Positions 30,522-40,609 of a DNA stretch of 64,000 nucleotides are shown piece by piece. Location: contig CBDEUH010000004.1 of assembly GCA_965243255.1 (NCBI GenBank), positions 693,981-757,980 of the forward strand, written 5' to 3'. How positions within the stretch are numbered: position 1 is the stretch's first letter; each line of letters opens with the position of its first letter. The DNA comes from Dehalococcoidia bacterium. GTDB lineage: Bacteria > Chloroflexota > Dehalococcoidia > Lucifugimonadales > UBA3495. The position numbers and the translations under genes are program-made. The notes beneath the pieces were generated by a model, which saw only the letters and a program-made list of their open reading frames with translations, made no database searches and had not been told where the DNA came from.

Positions 30522-31088
30522 CTAATTATCCCCCAAGACACGCATCGCAAGCAACAGGGCGGTGATGCTCTTGGCGTCCCGTATCTCACCATTGGCGATT
30601 TTGCCCGGTATATCTGCCCACGGAACTGGGATTACTTCAATGAATTCGTCATCATCAGCTTCCAGTCGCGCCTGAACCAAATCGGTTGCCAGGTAAGCGT
30701 GCATCATCTGGGTGCACCAGCCGGGAGCGACGTAAAATGATCCCAGTGCCTGCAAGTGGCCTGCCGTGTGCCCGATCTCTTCCTGCAACTCGCGTAGGGC
30801 GGTCGTGTCCGGGTCCTCTTCCGCTTCCATCTTTCCGGCTGGCGCTTCCAGCAGGAACGATTCCACCGCCTTGCGGTATTGACGCACCAGCAGCACGTTG
30901 CCGTGGCAATCGACCGGTACAATGCAAACGGATGACGGGTGAGAAACGATTTCGCGGACGGCTTCTTTTCCGTCCGGCAGGCTGACGGTATCAACCCGCA
31001 CGGTGATGAGGTCACCCTGATAGGGAGTTGCCGTTGCCACCGTCGGCTCCGGGACGGCGCGCGTGGGTTTGTTCTTGGTCGGCGGCAA
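30522..31088 (-). CDS. NUDIX hydrolase (ADP-ribose pyrophosphatase-like), copy 2
   Basis: PAGKME...ALRELQEEIG, DAKS. Confidence 0.9.
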   Translation of the reverse strand: MPPTKNKPTRAVPEPTVATATPYQGDLITVRVDTVSLPDGKEAVREIVSHPSSVCIVPVDCHGNVLLVRQYRKAVESFLLEAPAGKMEAEEDPDTTALRELQEEIGHTAGHLQALGSFYVAPGWCTQMMHAYLATDLVQARLEADDDEFIEVIPVPWADIPGKIANGEIRDAKSITALLLAMRVLGDN

Positions 31089-31090
31089 TG

Positions 31091-31636
31091 TCAGCCTTCC
31101 AGAAGCCGCATCGCCAGGAGCAGCGAAGCCACGCTCTTGGCGTCTCTGATCTCACCGCTGGCGATTTTGCCCGGAATTTCCGTCAACGGAACCCGTACCA
31201 CCTCGATGAACTCATCCTCGTCGGCATCCAGCGCGGCGGGGGTCAAATCTGTGGCCAGGTAAGCGTACATATACTCGGAGGCCCAGCCGGGAGCCAGCCA
31301 GAAGGCGGTTAACTCCCTGAGATTACCGGCGGTGTGGCCGATTTCCTCCTGCAGTTCCCGGCGGGTGGCTTCTTCCGGAGTTTCGCCTTTCTCTATTCCG
31401 CCGGCCGGAACTTCCAGCAGGAAGCTCTCAGTGGGCTTGCGGTACTGGCGCACCAGCAGCACGTTGTTGGCGTCGTCCACCGGCACCACGCAGATTGACG
31501 GGTCGTGGTCAACGATTTCCCGGGTGGCCTCCCGGCCGTTGGGCAGCCGGATAGTATCCACCCGCACCTCAATGATGCGGCCCTGGAATATGGAGCGGCT
31601 GGAGATGGTCGGTTCGTTGTTGTCGGCGGTAGTCAT
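31091..31636 (-). CDS. NUDIX hydrolase (ADP-ribose pyrophosphatase-like), copy 1
   Basis: PAGGIEKGE...RRELQEEIG, DAKS. Confidence 0.9.
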   Translation of the reverse strand: MTTADNNEPTISSRSIFQGRIIEVRVDTIRLPNGREATREIVDHDPSICVVPVDDANNVLLVRQYRKPTESFLLEVPAGGIEKGETPEEATRRELQEEIGHTAGNLRELTAFWLAPGWASEYMYAYLATDLTPAALDADEDEFIEVVRVPLTEIPGKIASGEIRDAKSVASLLLAMRLLEG

Positions 31637-31643
31637 GGCGATG

Positions 31644-32501
31644 TCAGCGTCCCTGGCCGACGAAACCCAGGCGACGGGTCAGAGTGGCCCAGAAGTAATT
31701 GTGCTCATTGGCGCGCAGGAAACGAGCCAGGAACGGGCTGCGGGTAATGCGAACCCAGTCACCCGGTTCAATCGGGTGGTTTTCGAAACCGTCCACGCTG
31801 ATGATGGCCTCCTGCGTGCCTTCCAGGTGAAAGTCAACGCTGCTGGTGGGACGCAACACCAGGGGAGTGGTCAATCCTACGTGGGAGGCCAGTGGCGTCA
31901 GCACCACGTCGTCGGACAAGGGGTCGATGATTGGGCCGCCGGCCGCGAAACTGTAGCCGGTGCTGCCCGTTGCCGTGGCGAGGATTACGCCGTCGGCGCG
32001 GAAGGTGGACACGTCGGCTCCGTCGATGACAGCGCGCACGGTGATCACTCGCGACACCCGGCTGCGGGACAGCACGACATCGTTCAGCGCGTGGTACGGG
32101 CCTTGGGGTGCGTGCGCGCCGCCGTCGCCATTGCCACGGCGGTACACCACCGCCTTGAGCATACTGTGCTCCGACACCCGCACGTCGCCTTCAAGATATT
32201 TTGGCAATTGGTCCATGGCGCCGGGCACGGTCAACTCGGTCATGAATCCCAGCCGGCCCATGTTGATTCCCAGCAGGGGAATGCCCCGGGGCGCCACGGC
32301 GCGGTTCACCCGCAGAATGGTGCCATCGCCGCCGATGGTGATCACCAAGTCGGTGTCGGCGGCCCGCCGGGCCAGATCATCGACGTCCTCGGCGCGCAGG
32401 ATCCAGCTGTTGGCTTCCAGGTTCAACTCGCCGACGATGGCGTTCGCCAGGTCCAGAGCCTCCGGGATGAGGTCATTGTATGCGATGCCGATGGTCTTCA
32501 T
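31644..32501 (-). CDS. nadK: NAD(+) kinase
   Basis: GGDGT, GRLGF, ALND, ADG..ATATGSTGYS..AGGP. Confidence 0.94.
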   Translation of the reverse strand: MKTIGIAYNDLIPEALDLANAIVGELNLEANSWILRAEDVDDLARRAADTDLVITIGGDGTILRVNRAVAPRGIPLLGINMGRLGFMTELTVPGAMDQLPKYLEGDVRVSEHSMLKAVVYRRGNGDGGAHAPQGPYHALNDVVLSRSRVSRVITVRAVIDGADVSTFRADGVILATATGSTGYSFAAGGPIIDPLSDDVVLTPLASHVGLTTPLVLRPTSSVDFHLEGTQEAIISVDGFENHPIEPGDWVRITRSPFLARFLRANEHNYFWATLTRRLGFVGQGR

Positions 32502-32507
32502 GGTCGG

Positions 32508-34016
32508 CTATCCGCCGGACAGGACGGTTACTGCCGTCTCCGCCGCTCCCAGCAGTGTATCCGGTGCCACGCCCAGCCAGAGCAGCGCCAGCGTCGCCAC
32601 ACCGAGGGCCACGTTGGCCGGCCAGGACGCGTCCAGCCGCTGGGTGTGCAGCGGAGCTTGCAGGAACATTACCTTGATGATGCGCAGATAGTAGTATGCG
32701 GACACTACGCTGTTGACCACACCGATAATTACCAGCCAGGTCATCAGAGACTCGCCGGTATTGATGGCGGCGGCGAATACGTAAATCTTGGCGAAGAACA
32801 GGCCGGTGGGTGGTACACCGATCAGCGCAATCAAGGCCAGCGCCAGCGCTATCGCCAGGAAGGGAGCGCGGCGCAGCATTCCGGAATAGTCGGTGATTTC
32901 GTCGCTGTTGATGCGGTTGCCGATGCAGACGATGGCGAAGAAGGCGGTGAGATTGGCGGCGGTGTAGGCGGCGAGGTAGAACAGCACGCTGCTGGGTCCG
33001 AAGGTGGCCGTTCCGCCCGCTGAGGCAAAGGCAGCCACGCCCACCAGGATGTAGCCGGCATGGGCGATGGTGCTGTATCCGAACAGGCGCTTGATGTTTC
33101 GCTGGGCAATAGCGACCAGGTTCCCGACGGTCATGGATAAGGCGGCCAATCCGACCAGCAGCACCCACCAGTCTCCGCCCAGCGCGTCGAATCCAACGTA
33201 GAAAACCCGCAGCACCAAAGCGAACGCCGCCGCTTTGCTGGCGACGGAGAGGAACGCAACCATCGGCGTGGGCGCGCCCTCGTACACGTCGGGCACCCAC
33301 ATCTGGAACGGAGCGGCGGACATCTTGAACCCGAATCCCGCCAGCAACAGTACTATCGCCAGCAGAACCGCCATGCTGCCAAAGGGGAACGCTCCTGCCG
33401 CCGAGCCGGCGGACAGCGCGGAGGCGATTTCATCCAGACGGGTCGAGCCGGTAAAGCCATAGATCAGGGCCATGCCGTATAGCATCAGCGCGCTGCTCAA
33501 CGCGCCAATGATCAGGAACTTCATACCCGCTTCGCTGGAGCGCCCGTTGGGCAGGAAGGCCGCCATTGCCGCCAGCGGCAGCGTGGTCAACTCCAGCGCG
33601 ATGTACATTGTGATCAACTCACTGGCGGATGCCAGCAGCATCATGCCGGTGGCCGACAGCAGCAGCAGTCCGAAGAACTCGCCCTGCAGTCGTTCCATCC
33701 GCCGCACGTAATCGGTGGAAGCCAGTATCACCAACCCGGCGGCGGCCAGAATCAGGAAGTTGAAGAACAGGGAAAAGCGGTCGATGGAAAGGGTGTACAG
33801 CACCACCGATCCCTCGGCCGACAGCCGGCTGTCTCCAGCGCCGACCAATTCCGCCAGCTGCCACGCGCTGAGCGCCGCCGGCGCGGCCAGACCGACGAAG
33901 GCGACGCCCACCAGCAACCCGGTGCGTCGGGTTAGCAAATCCACCACGATGACCAGCATGGCCAGGACTGCCATGGCCAGCAGTGGGGCGACGAGATACA
34001 GGTCGTAAGCGGTCAT
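32508..34016 (-). CDS. nuoN: complex I subunit N
   Basis: EAGMKF, GFKMSAAPFQMWVPDVYEGAP, KRLFGYSTIAHAG. Confidence 0.95.
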   Translation of the reverse strand: MTAYDLYLVAPLLAMAVLAMLVIVVDLLTRRTGLLVGVAFVGLAAPAALSAWQLAELVGAGDSRLSAEGSVVLYTLSIDRFSLFFNFLILAAAGLVILASTDYVRRMERLQGEFFGLLLLSATGMMLLASASELITMYIALELTTLPLAAMAAFLPNGRSSEAGMKFLIIGALSSALMLYGMALIYGFTGSTRLDEIASALSAGSAAGAFPFGSMAVLLAIVLLLAGFGFKMSAAPFQMWVPDVYEGAPTPMVAFLSVASKAAAFALVLRVFYVGFDALGGDWWVLLVGLAALSMTVGNLVAIAQRNIKRLFGYSTIAHAGYILVGVAAFASAGGTATFGPSSVLFYLAAYTAANLTAFFAIVCIGNRINSDEITDYSGMLRRAPFLAIALALALIALIGVPPTGLFFAKIYVFAAAINTGESLMTWLVIIGVVNSVVSAYYYLRIIKVMFLQAPLHTQRLDASWPANVALGVATLALLWLGVAPDTLLGAAETAVTVLSGG

Positions 34017-34035
34017 AATGCGCTTGGTCCAGCTT

Positions 34036-35574
34036 CTAGCGTCCGGTTCCGGCGATACCCGTGTTGTAGCTGCTGACAATGGGTGCCAGGCCGTCCCGGA
34101 ATACTTCGGTAAGCCACGCCGGATAGATGCCCACGGCGACGATGCTGATGACCAGCAGGGCTACCGGCACAGCCTCCACAACGGATGCGTCGGTGAGGCT
34201 GTCCCAACGGGTTTGGCGCGGGCCGAACATAGTCCGTTGTATCATCCACAGGATGTATCCTGCCGCCAGGATTATGCCCAGCACGGCCAGGATGGTCAGC
34301 GCCGGGAAAGCGCGGAAACCGCCGAAGAACACCAGCAGTTCCGATACAAATCCGCTCAGCGCCGGCAGTCCCAAGGAGGCCGCGCCGGCCAACAGGAACG
34401 CGCCGGCGACTATAGGCATCCGGTTGGCCAGGCCGCCCAGGTCGGGAATGTGCCGGGTGTGGGTCTTCTCGTAGAGAATGCCCACCGCTACGAACAGCAA
34501 TCCGGTGATGGTGCCGTGGGTGAACAGTTGCATCGCCGCCCCGGTGAGGCCGGCGTCAGTGAGCGCGCCGCCAATCACGGCCACGGAGCCGATGCCAACC
34601 AGCACCAGGCCCATGTGGCTGACGCTGGAATACGCGATGAGCCGTTTCAAGTCGGTCTGCTGTATCGTCACCACCGCGCCGTAAAGGACGCTGATTACGC
34701 CGAGGACGACTATGGGCAAGGCGTAGGAGTGCAGCTGTTCCGGGAACATTCCGGCGTTGACGCGGAGCAGGCCGTAGCCTCCCATCTTCAGCATAACGCC
34801 GGCCAGCATCACGCTGCCGGCCGTGGGGGCGTCGGTGTGGGCGTCGGGCAGCCAGGTGTGCACCGGCCAGGTCGGCAGCTTGACGGCGAATGCAACAAAG
34901 AAGAGCCAGAACAGCACGCCCATGGGCAGCGCGGCCCGGGACGCGTCCAGCGCGCCGCCCGGCTCCAGCAGCAGCGTCATGTCAAAGCTGTTCACGCCGG
35001 AGCTGACGAACACCGCAACGATGGCCACCAGCATGAACGCGGAGCCGAGGATGGTGAATATCAGGAACTTCATCGCTGAGTATTCCCGGCGACCCGTGCC
35101 CCAGGTGGAAATCAGCAGGTACATCGGCACCAGCTCGATTTCCCAGAACAGGAAGAACAGCAGGAAGTCCAGCGCCGTGAACACTCCCATCACCGCCGTT
35201 TGCAGCACAAACAGCCAGATGAAGTATTCCTTGACCCGGGTGTTGATGTGGAAGGAGACGAAAACCGCGCACAGGCCCAGCAACCCGGTGAGCATTACCA
35301 GGGGCGCGCTAATGCCGTCCACTCCCAGCAGGTAGCCGGCGTGGACGGTTCCAGTGTCGATCCAGGTAAAGCGGTCAACCAGCTGGAACCGTTCGCCGCC
35401 CGGCTGGAACAGTACGAACACGATGACCGCCAGCACCAGGTCGGCAAAGGCGACGGCGCCGGCAAACCAGCGAACCATCCGGTCGTCACGGGCGATCCCC
35501 AGGGCAAGCAGCAGAGCCGCCACCGCCGGCAGAAAGACGGTGGCAGTCAGCAGTCCGTTAAATTCGCTTGCCAT
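34036..35574 (-). CDS. nuoM: complex I subunit M
   Basis: GVDGIS, WE..LVPMY, HTWLPDAH, LKMGGYG, KRLIAYSSVSHMG. Confidence 0.95.
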   Translation of the reverse strand: MASEFNGLLTATVFLPAVAALLLALGIARDDRMVRWFAGAVAFADLVLAVIVFVLFQPGGERFQLVDRFTWIDTGTVHAGYLLGVDGISAPLVMLTGLLGLCAVFVSFHINTRVKEYFIWLFVLQTAVMGVFTALDFLLFFLFWEIELVPMYLLISTWGTGRREYSAMKFLIFTILGSAFMLVAIVAVFVSSGVNSFDMTLLLEPGGALDASRAALPMGVLFWLFFVAFAVKLPTWPVHTWLPDAHTDAPTAGSVMLAGVMLKMGGYGLLRVNAGMFPEQLHSYALPIVVLGVISVLYGAVVTIQQTDLKRLIAYSSVSHMGLVLVGIGSVAVIGGALTDAGLTGAAMQLFTHGTITGLLFVAVGILYEKTHTRHIPDLGGLANRMPIVAGAFLLAGAASLGLPALSGFVSELLVFFGGFRAFPALTILAVLGIILAAGYILWMIQRTMFGPRQTRWDSLTDASVVEAVPVALLVISIVAVGIYPAWLTEVFRDGLAPIVSSYNTGIAGTGR

Positions 35575-35580
35575 GATGAG

Positions 35581-37620
35581 CTATCCGAGAATCAAGTACA
35601 GGGCGATGATCAAAACGCCCCCGGCGGCGGCCACCAACGGGTACACCTGGGTCTGGCCGTTCTGCGCCAGCGCAATCAGGCCGCCGACGTTTCGGGAAAT
35701 CCAGCCAATCAATCCAACCGCGCCGTCAACAATGTTGCGGTCAATCCAGTCGGTAATAGCGACGACGATTCGGTAGAAAAATCGCCCGACAATCAGACCC
35801 TCGTACAGGTGGTCAAGGTAGTATCTCTGGGACAGCAGGGTGTGCACCGGCCCGGCCCTGGACAGCGGGTCCAGGTTGACAAAGGGACGTGGCCAGGCGT
35901 AGGCCAATAACGCCAGCCCGATGCCGGCCAGGGCCACCGCGTTGGATATTACGGCCATGGCTATGCTGAAGGGCGGCGCATGGTGTCCGTCGTGCAGACC
36001 CGACGCGAAGTACTCGGTGAGCCAGTGAGACGGTATCAAGCCGAATATGCTGGAGACGCCGATGGGGTTTGCAATCCAGCCGGCGACAACGGCGCAGAAT
36101 CCAAGCAGGCCCATGGGCGCGACCATCACCCAGGGCGACTCGCCCAGGTGGACGTGGTGGTCAACCCCCACCGGCGCCGGCTGGCCGGCTTCCTCAACGT
36201 CGTGTAGCTCCTGCTCGCCACCGCCGCGAAACTCGCCGTGGAAGGTGAGGTGCACCATGCGGTAGGTGTAGAAGGCCGTGAGCAGGACGCCCACCAGCAG
36301 CATGACAAACACGAGCAGGCTGATTGAGGCGGGCACCGGACCCTTGCCCAGCCAGGCCTCCAGCAGGATCTCGTCCTTGCTCCAGAAACCGGCCAGCGGG
36401 AAGATGCCCACCAGGCTCAACGCGCCGATGACGGTTAGCCAGTACGTCCAGGGCATCGCCTTGCGCAGGCCGCCCATGTACATCATGTTGAAGGTTCCGG
36501 CGGCGTGATTGACGCTGCCGGCGCCCAGGAACAGCAGGGCCTTGAAGAAAGCGTGGGTGAACAGGTGGAACAGAGCCGCGTTGTAGGCGCCGATGCCCAG
36601 CGCGGCCATCATGTACCCCAGTTGGCTCACCGTTGAGTAGGCCATGACGCGCTTGATGTCGTTGGCGGCCAATCCCATGGTAGCGGCGAAAACGGCGGTG
36701 AACGCGCCAATCAAGGCCACCACCATCATCGCGCCTTCCGACTCGGAAAACACCGGGAAGAACCGGCCCACCAGGAACACGCCGGCGGCCACCATGGTGG
36801 CCGCGTGAATCAAGGCGCTGACCGGCGTCGGGCCTTCCATGGCGTCCGGCAGCCAGGTGTGCAGGGGGAACTGGCCGCTCTTGCCGGCCGCGCCGGCGAA
36901 CAGGCCGAGGCACAGCCAAAGCAGCGCGCCGCCGGCTACAATCCCGGCGCCGCCGGCGGCGATGGGAATGGCGGCCTCCCAGATGTCCGGTATGTGCAGG
37001 GCGTTGAGACCATGGGCGGCAAAATCGTCGGCCTGGAAGAAGAGATAGATGATGGCCAGCAGAAAGCCCACGTCGCCGATGCGGGTGATGATGAATGCTT
37101 TCTTTGCCGCGGCCGCCGCCGATGGGCGGTTGTGCCAGAAGCCAATGAGCAGATACGACGACAGGCCAACCAACTCCCAGAACACGTACATCTGCACTAC
37201 ATTGGCGGCCAGCACCAGCCCGATCATGGAGGCGCTGAACAGGGACATGTAGGCGTAGTAGCGGGCGAAGCTTTCGTCGCCATCCATGTAACCGAGGGAG
37301 TAAATCTGGACCATCAGGCTGACGCCAGTAACCACCACCAGCATGACGTTGGTCAGCGGGTCCAGCAGCAGGCCCATCTCGATGGTCGCGCCCGGAGCGA
37401 GACTCAGCCACAGGTGGGGAGCGAAGTGGTAGGTGGTCGCGCCGGCCGCCGACCCCAGCAGCCACAGCGAAAGCAAGAACCCCAAGCCCAGCGCCCCAAT
37501 AGTTGCGTAGCCGGCCAGCCTGGCATAGCTGCTGCCCAGGGGCCGAATCACCAGCCCGCTCAGCAGGAAGGACGCCACGGGCGCCAGAAAAATCACCCAT
37601 ACCAGGGCTTCGGTCAGCAT
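35581..37620 (-). CDS. nuoL: complex I subunit L
   Basis: WELVGLSSYLLIGFW, GKSGQFPLHTWLPDAMEGPTPVSALIHAATMV. Confidence 0.96.
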   Translation of the reverse strand: MLTEALVWVIFLAPVASFLLSGLVIRPLGSSYARLAGYATIGALGLGFLLSLWLLGSAAGATTYHFAPHLWLSLAPGATIEMGLLLDPLTNVMLVVVTGVSLMVQIYSLGYMDGDESFARYYAYMSLFSASMIGLVLAANVVQMYVFWELVGLSSYLLIGFWHNRPSAAAAAKKAFIITRIGDVGFLLAIIYLFFQADDFAAHGLNALHIPDIWEAAIPIAAGGAGIVAGGALLWLCLGLFAGAAGKSGQFPLHTWLPDAMEGPTPVSALIHAATMVAAGVFLVGRFFPVFSESEGAMMVVALIGAFTAVFAATMGLAANDIKRVMAYSTVSQLGYMMAALGIGAYNAALFHLFTHAFFKALLFLGAGSVNHAAGTFNMMYMGGLRKAMPWTYWLTVIGALSLVGIFPLAGFWSKDEILLEAWLGKGPVPASISLLVFVMLLVGVLLTAFYTYRMVHLTFHGEFRGGGEQELHDVEEAGQPAPVGVDHHVHLGESPWVMVAPMGLLGFCAVVAGWIANPIGVSSIFGLIPSHWLTEYFASGLHDGHHAPPFSIAMAVISNAVALAGIGLALLAYAWPRPFVNLDPLSRAGPVHTLLSQRYYLDHLYEGLIVGRFFYRIVVAITDWIDRNIVDGAVGLIGWISRNVGGLIALAQNGQTQVYPLVAAAGGVLIIALYLILG

Positions 37621-37633
37621 TTGGCCTTCATCC

Positions 37634-37828
37634 TCACAGCTTCCGGACGATTTCCTCGGCCACGTGCTCCCGTCCCTTGGGCACGTAGATGCGGAAGGGC
37701 ACGCGCTCGCTCCAGTCGCGGATATCGCCCTCAGGCAGGATGCGGCTGGGCAGGCCCTCGGCCTCCAGGGCTTCTTTCCAGATTTCGGCGGCCATCAGGT
37801 TGGGCGCGCGTTTGAATTCTACCCACAT
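37634..37828 (-). CDS. small DUF2007-like (GlnB-like) protein inside nuo operon
   Basis: AEIWKEALEAEGLP...IYVP...A pattern; fills the nuoK-nuoL gap. Confidence 0.65.
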   Translation of the reverse strand: MWVEFKRAPNLMAAEIWKEALEAEGLPSRILPEGDIRDWSERVPFRIYVPKGREHVAEEIVRKL

Positions 37829-37836
37829 AACGATTG

Positions 37837-38166
37837 TCAGTGCCGCAGCGCCGCGGCGTCGGTGAGGTCAACGCTCTCGTTGGTTCGGTATAACGCGAAC
37901 ACTATGCCCAGCCCCAGCGCAATCTCCGCCGCGGCCACGGTGATGACGAACACGGCAAAGACCTGTCCGGTCAAAACGGCGGACAACTGCTCCTGCACGG
38001 TGTAGGGAGCGAGCCAGCGGCCCATGGCAACCAGCGTCAGGTTCACCCCGTTGAACATCAACTCGATGGACATCAGGACCGCGATGAAATTGCGTCGGGC
38101 CAGGGCTCCGTACAGGCCGATGCAGAAGAGGATGGCGGCTACCACCAGCATAGCTTCCAGCGACAC
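37837..38166 (-). CDS. nuoK: complex I subunit K
   Basis: LFCIGLYG, LMSIELMFN, AAAEIALGL; GTG start. Confidence 0.94.
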   Translation of the reverse strand: MSLEAMLVVAAILFCIGLYGALARRNFIAVLMSIELMFNGVNLTLVAMGRWLAPYTVQEQLSAVLTGQVFAVFVITVAAAEIALGLGIVFALYRTNESVDLTDAAALRH

Positions 38167-38170
38167 GGCC

Positions 38171-38755
38171 CTACCTCCCTCGCCCGCGGGCCAACGCCAG
38201 CCCGCCGATAGCTGCGGCCAACAGCAGCAGGGAGACCGCCTCGAAGGGCAGGACGAACTCGCCAATCAGCAGGTCGGCCAGCCCTCCGTCTGCGACGCTT
38301 TCCACTTCCTCGGCGCTCAGTCCGGCATGGGCCAACTCCGTCGCGTCGGGTATGCCAACTGCCTGGGTTTGAGCGATTTGCGCCTGGTTTTCCCGTCCCG
38401 CGCCGGCCAGCGTCGTCCAGTCGGTGGTAACCGCGGTGAAGACCATTGCAGCCAGGAGGAGGGCCGAAATCACGGCCGCCGGAATTTGCAAGCGGTTGGG
38501 CGTATTGCCCCGCTGAACGTCCCGGGTCAGCATGATGCCGAAGATGAACAGCACGGCGATGGCGCCCACGTATATGAGAATCTGCACCACGGCCAGGAAC
38601 TCGGCGTTCATCATCACGAAAAAACCGCCCACGGCGACGAACACCATGGACAGCAACAACGCGGCCCGGAACAGGTCCCGCACCAGCACCACGCCAAGCG
38701 CGCCGCCGATGGCTACCACCGCCAGGGCCCAGAAGACTATTTGCTCAAACCACAT
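38171..38755 (-). CDS. nuoJ: complex I subunit J
   Basis: AEFLAVVQILIYVGAI, LPFEAVSLLLL. Confidence 0.94.
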   Translation of the reverse strand: MWFEQIVFWALAVVAIGGALGVVLVRDLFRAALLLSMVFVAVGGFFVMMNAEFLAVVQILIYVGAIAVLFIFGIMLTRDVQRGNTPNRLQIPAAVISALLLAAMVFTAVTTDWTTLAGAGRENQAQIAQTQAVGIPDATELAHAGLSAEEVESVADGGLADLLIGEFVLPFEAVSLLLLAAAIGGLALARGRGR

Positions 38756-39343
38756 TTAGGCGTCGCCCTGGGCGCCCGGCCCGTTGCCGTTGCCGTCGTG
38801 CAGGCGCATTCCCGCCTTTTCGTGCTGGTGCCAACGCCAATTCTCCCGGCCCACTTCCCGCCATCCCAAGGAACGGCTGACGCCAGGACGATATTCCATG
38901 CTTTCAAGCTGGGGACGGAACCAGGTGCTGGGATGCTTGTCGGCGTGGCGCAGCCGGTCGATGCTGATGACCAGGTCGGTGCGCTTGTACTGGCCTTCCT
39001 CAAAGCCGCTGCCCATGAACAGCGCGTCGTAGGGGCAGGCTTCCACGCACAGGCCGCAGAACATACACCGTTGCAGCTCAATGTCAAATACCTCCAGCCG
39101 GTACTTGTCTCCCTGCAGCGGCGCCGTCTCACTGGGCGACGTAACGATTTTGATGATGCCCAGCGGGCAATACTTGGCGCACGACGCGCATCCAGTGCAT
39201 CGCTCTTCGTACCAGGTGAACTCCTCGCCGCGGAACCGGGGATGCTGGCGCAATCGCTGCTCCGGGTAGGAAGTCGTGAACGGCTTTTTCGCCAGGTTGG
39301 TCAACGTAACCAGCAGGCCCTTGGCCATTTCAAGCCCGTACAT
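38756..39343 (-). CDS. nuoI: complex I subunit I
   Basis: YPE, CTGCASCAKYCP, CMFCGLCVEACP. Confidence 0.94.
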   Translation of the reverse strand: MYGLEMAKGLLVTLTNLAKKPFTTSYPEQRLRQHPRFRGEEFTWYEERCTGCASCAKYCPLGIIKIVTSPSETAPLQGDKYRLEVFDIELQRCMFCGLCVEACPYDALFMGSGFEEGQYKRTDLVISIDRLRHADKHPSTWFRPQLESMEYRPGVSRSLGWREVGRENWRWHQHEKAGMRLHDGNGNGPGAQGDA

Positions 39344-39361
39344 TGCAAGCCCTCCCAGTCC

Positions 39362-40609
39362 TTACCCTGCCCCAGCGGTGGGCAATCCGCTGGCCACCGG
39401 ATTGGCGGAGCGCATACTGCCGGAACCGCTCCGTACTTTTTCCTTGATGAGGTTGCCGAAGAACGCGATGGACACCACGGCCAGGACGGTGTTAATTGCC
39501 GCCATAATCCACAGGTCGGCGGTGGTCAGCGCTCCGTTGGCGTCGCGCAGGAAATAGACTTCCAGCACAACGGCCGCCAGGTTGATGAAACTCAGAGGCA
39601 TCAGGAACTTCCAGCACACGGCCATGATTTGGTCCAGCCGCAGGCGCGGGAAAGTGGACCGAATCCAGACAAACAGGAAGATGCCGATAAAGGTCTTAAT
39701 CAGGAACCAGAGCCAACCCAGCCAGTCGGCCACCGGACCGGCCCAACCGGCGAGGAACAGAGTGGCTATCAGGCCGGATACGAAGAGCGCGCCGCCAAAT
39801 TCCGCCGCCTGGATCAGCGCAAACTTGATGCCGCTGTACTCGGTGTGGTAGCCGGCGATGATTTCCGACTCGGCTTCGGCAACGTCGAAGGGCGTGCGGT
39901 TCAGCTCGGCGGACATGCCGGCCAGGAAGACGAAGAAGGCCAGGGGCTGCACCAGGAAGAAGGGCACTGCCTGCGCCACCACAATGTCTCCCAGGGACAT
40001 TGACCCGGCGACGATCACTACGCCCAGCAGCGAAAGGACCACTGGCACTTCGTAGCTGATCAGGACCGCCACGGCGCGCCCGGCCCCGAACAACGCGTAA
40101 CGGTTGTTCGACGCCCAACCGGCCGTGAAGATGGCGATGGACGTGAGGGAACTTACGGCGAGCACAAACAGCACGCCTACGTTCAGGTCAACCAGGGCCA
40201 CGTCTTTAGCGAAGGGAATCACCGCCGTGGCCAGCAGCAGAGAGGCCACCATGATCACCGGGACCGCGGTGAAGGCCAGACGGTCGGCGCCGTAGGGAAT
40301 GATGTCCTCTTTGGTAATCAGCTTGGCCAGGTCGGCGATGGGCTGCAGCGCCCCGAAGGGGCCCCACCGATTGGGGCCCACCCGGTTCTGGAATCGGCCC
40401 AGCAGACGGCGCTCGCCCCAACTGACGATAGCTGCGCCCAGCAGCACCGCGTTGATGAGTATCAGCATGATGACGCCGCCGGCGATGACATAGGACAGCC
40501 AGCAGGGCGCAACGTTGGCCGCCAACCCGTAAATCCAGTAAAAGAGCGGATTGCCACCCAGCACGCCGTCCGGGCTGATCATCCCATCGGTGAGGTTGCA
40601 GGGTGTCAT
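39362..40609 (-). CDS. nuoH: complex I subunit H
   Basis: ERR..GRFQNRVGPN, NRTPFD..EAESE..AGYHTEYSG, PRLRLDQ. Confidence 0.95.
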   Translation of the reverse strand: MTPCNLTDGMISPDGVLGGNPLFYWIYGLAANVAPCWLSYVIAGGVIMLILINAVLLGAAIVSWGERRLLGRFQNRVGPNRWGPFGALQPIADLAKLITKEDIIPYGADRLAFTAVPVIMVASLLLATAVIPFAKDVALVDLNVGVLFVLAVSSLTSIAIFTAGWASNNRYALFGAGRAVAVLISYEVPVVLSLLGVVIVAGSMSLGDIVVAQAVPFFLVQPLAFFVFLAGMSAELNRTPFDVAEAESEIIAGYHTEYSGIKFALIQAAEFGGALFVSGLIATLFLAGWAGPVADWLGWLWFLIKTFIGIFLFVWIRSTFPRLRLDQIMAVCWKFLMPLSFINLAAVVLEVYFLRDANGALTTADLWIMAAINTVLAVVSIAFFGNLIKEKVRSGSGSMRSANPVASGLPTAGAG

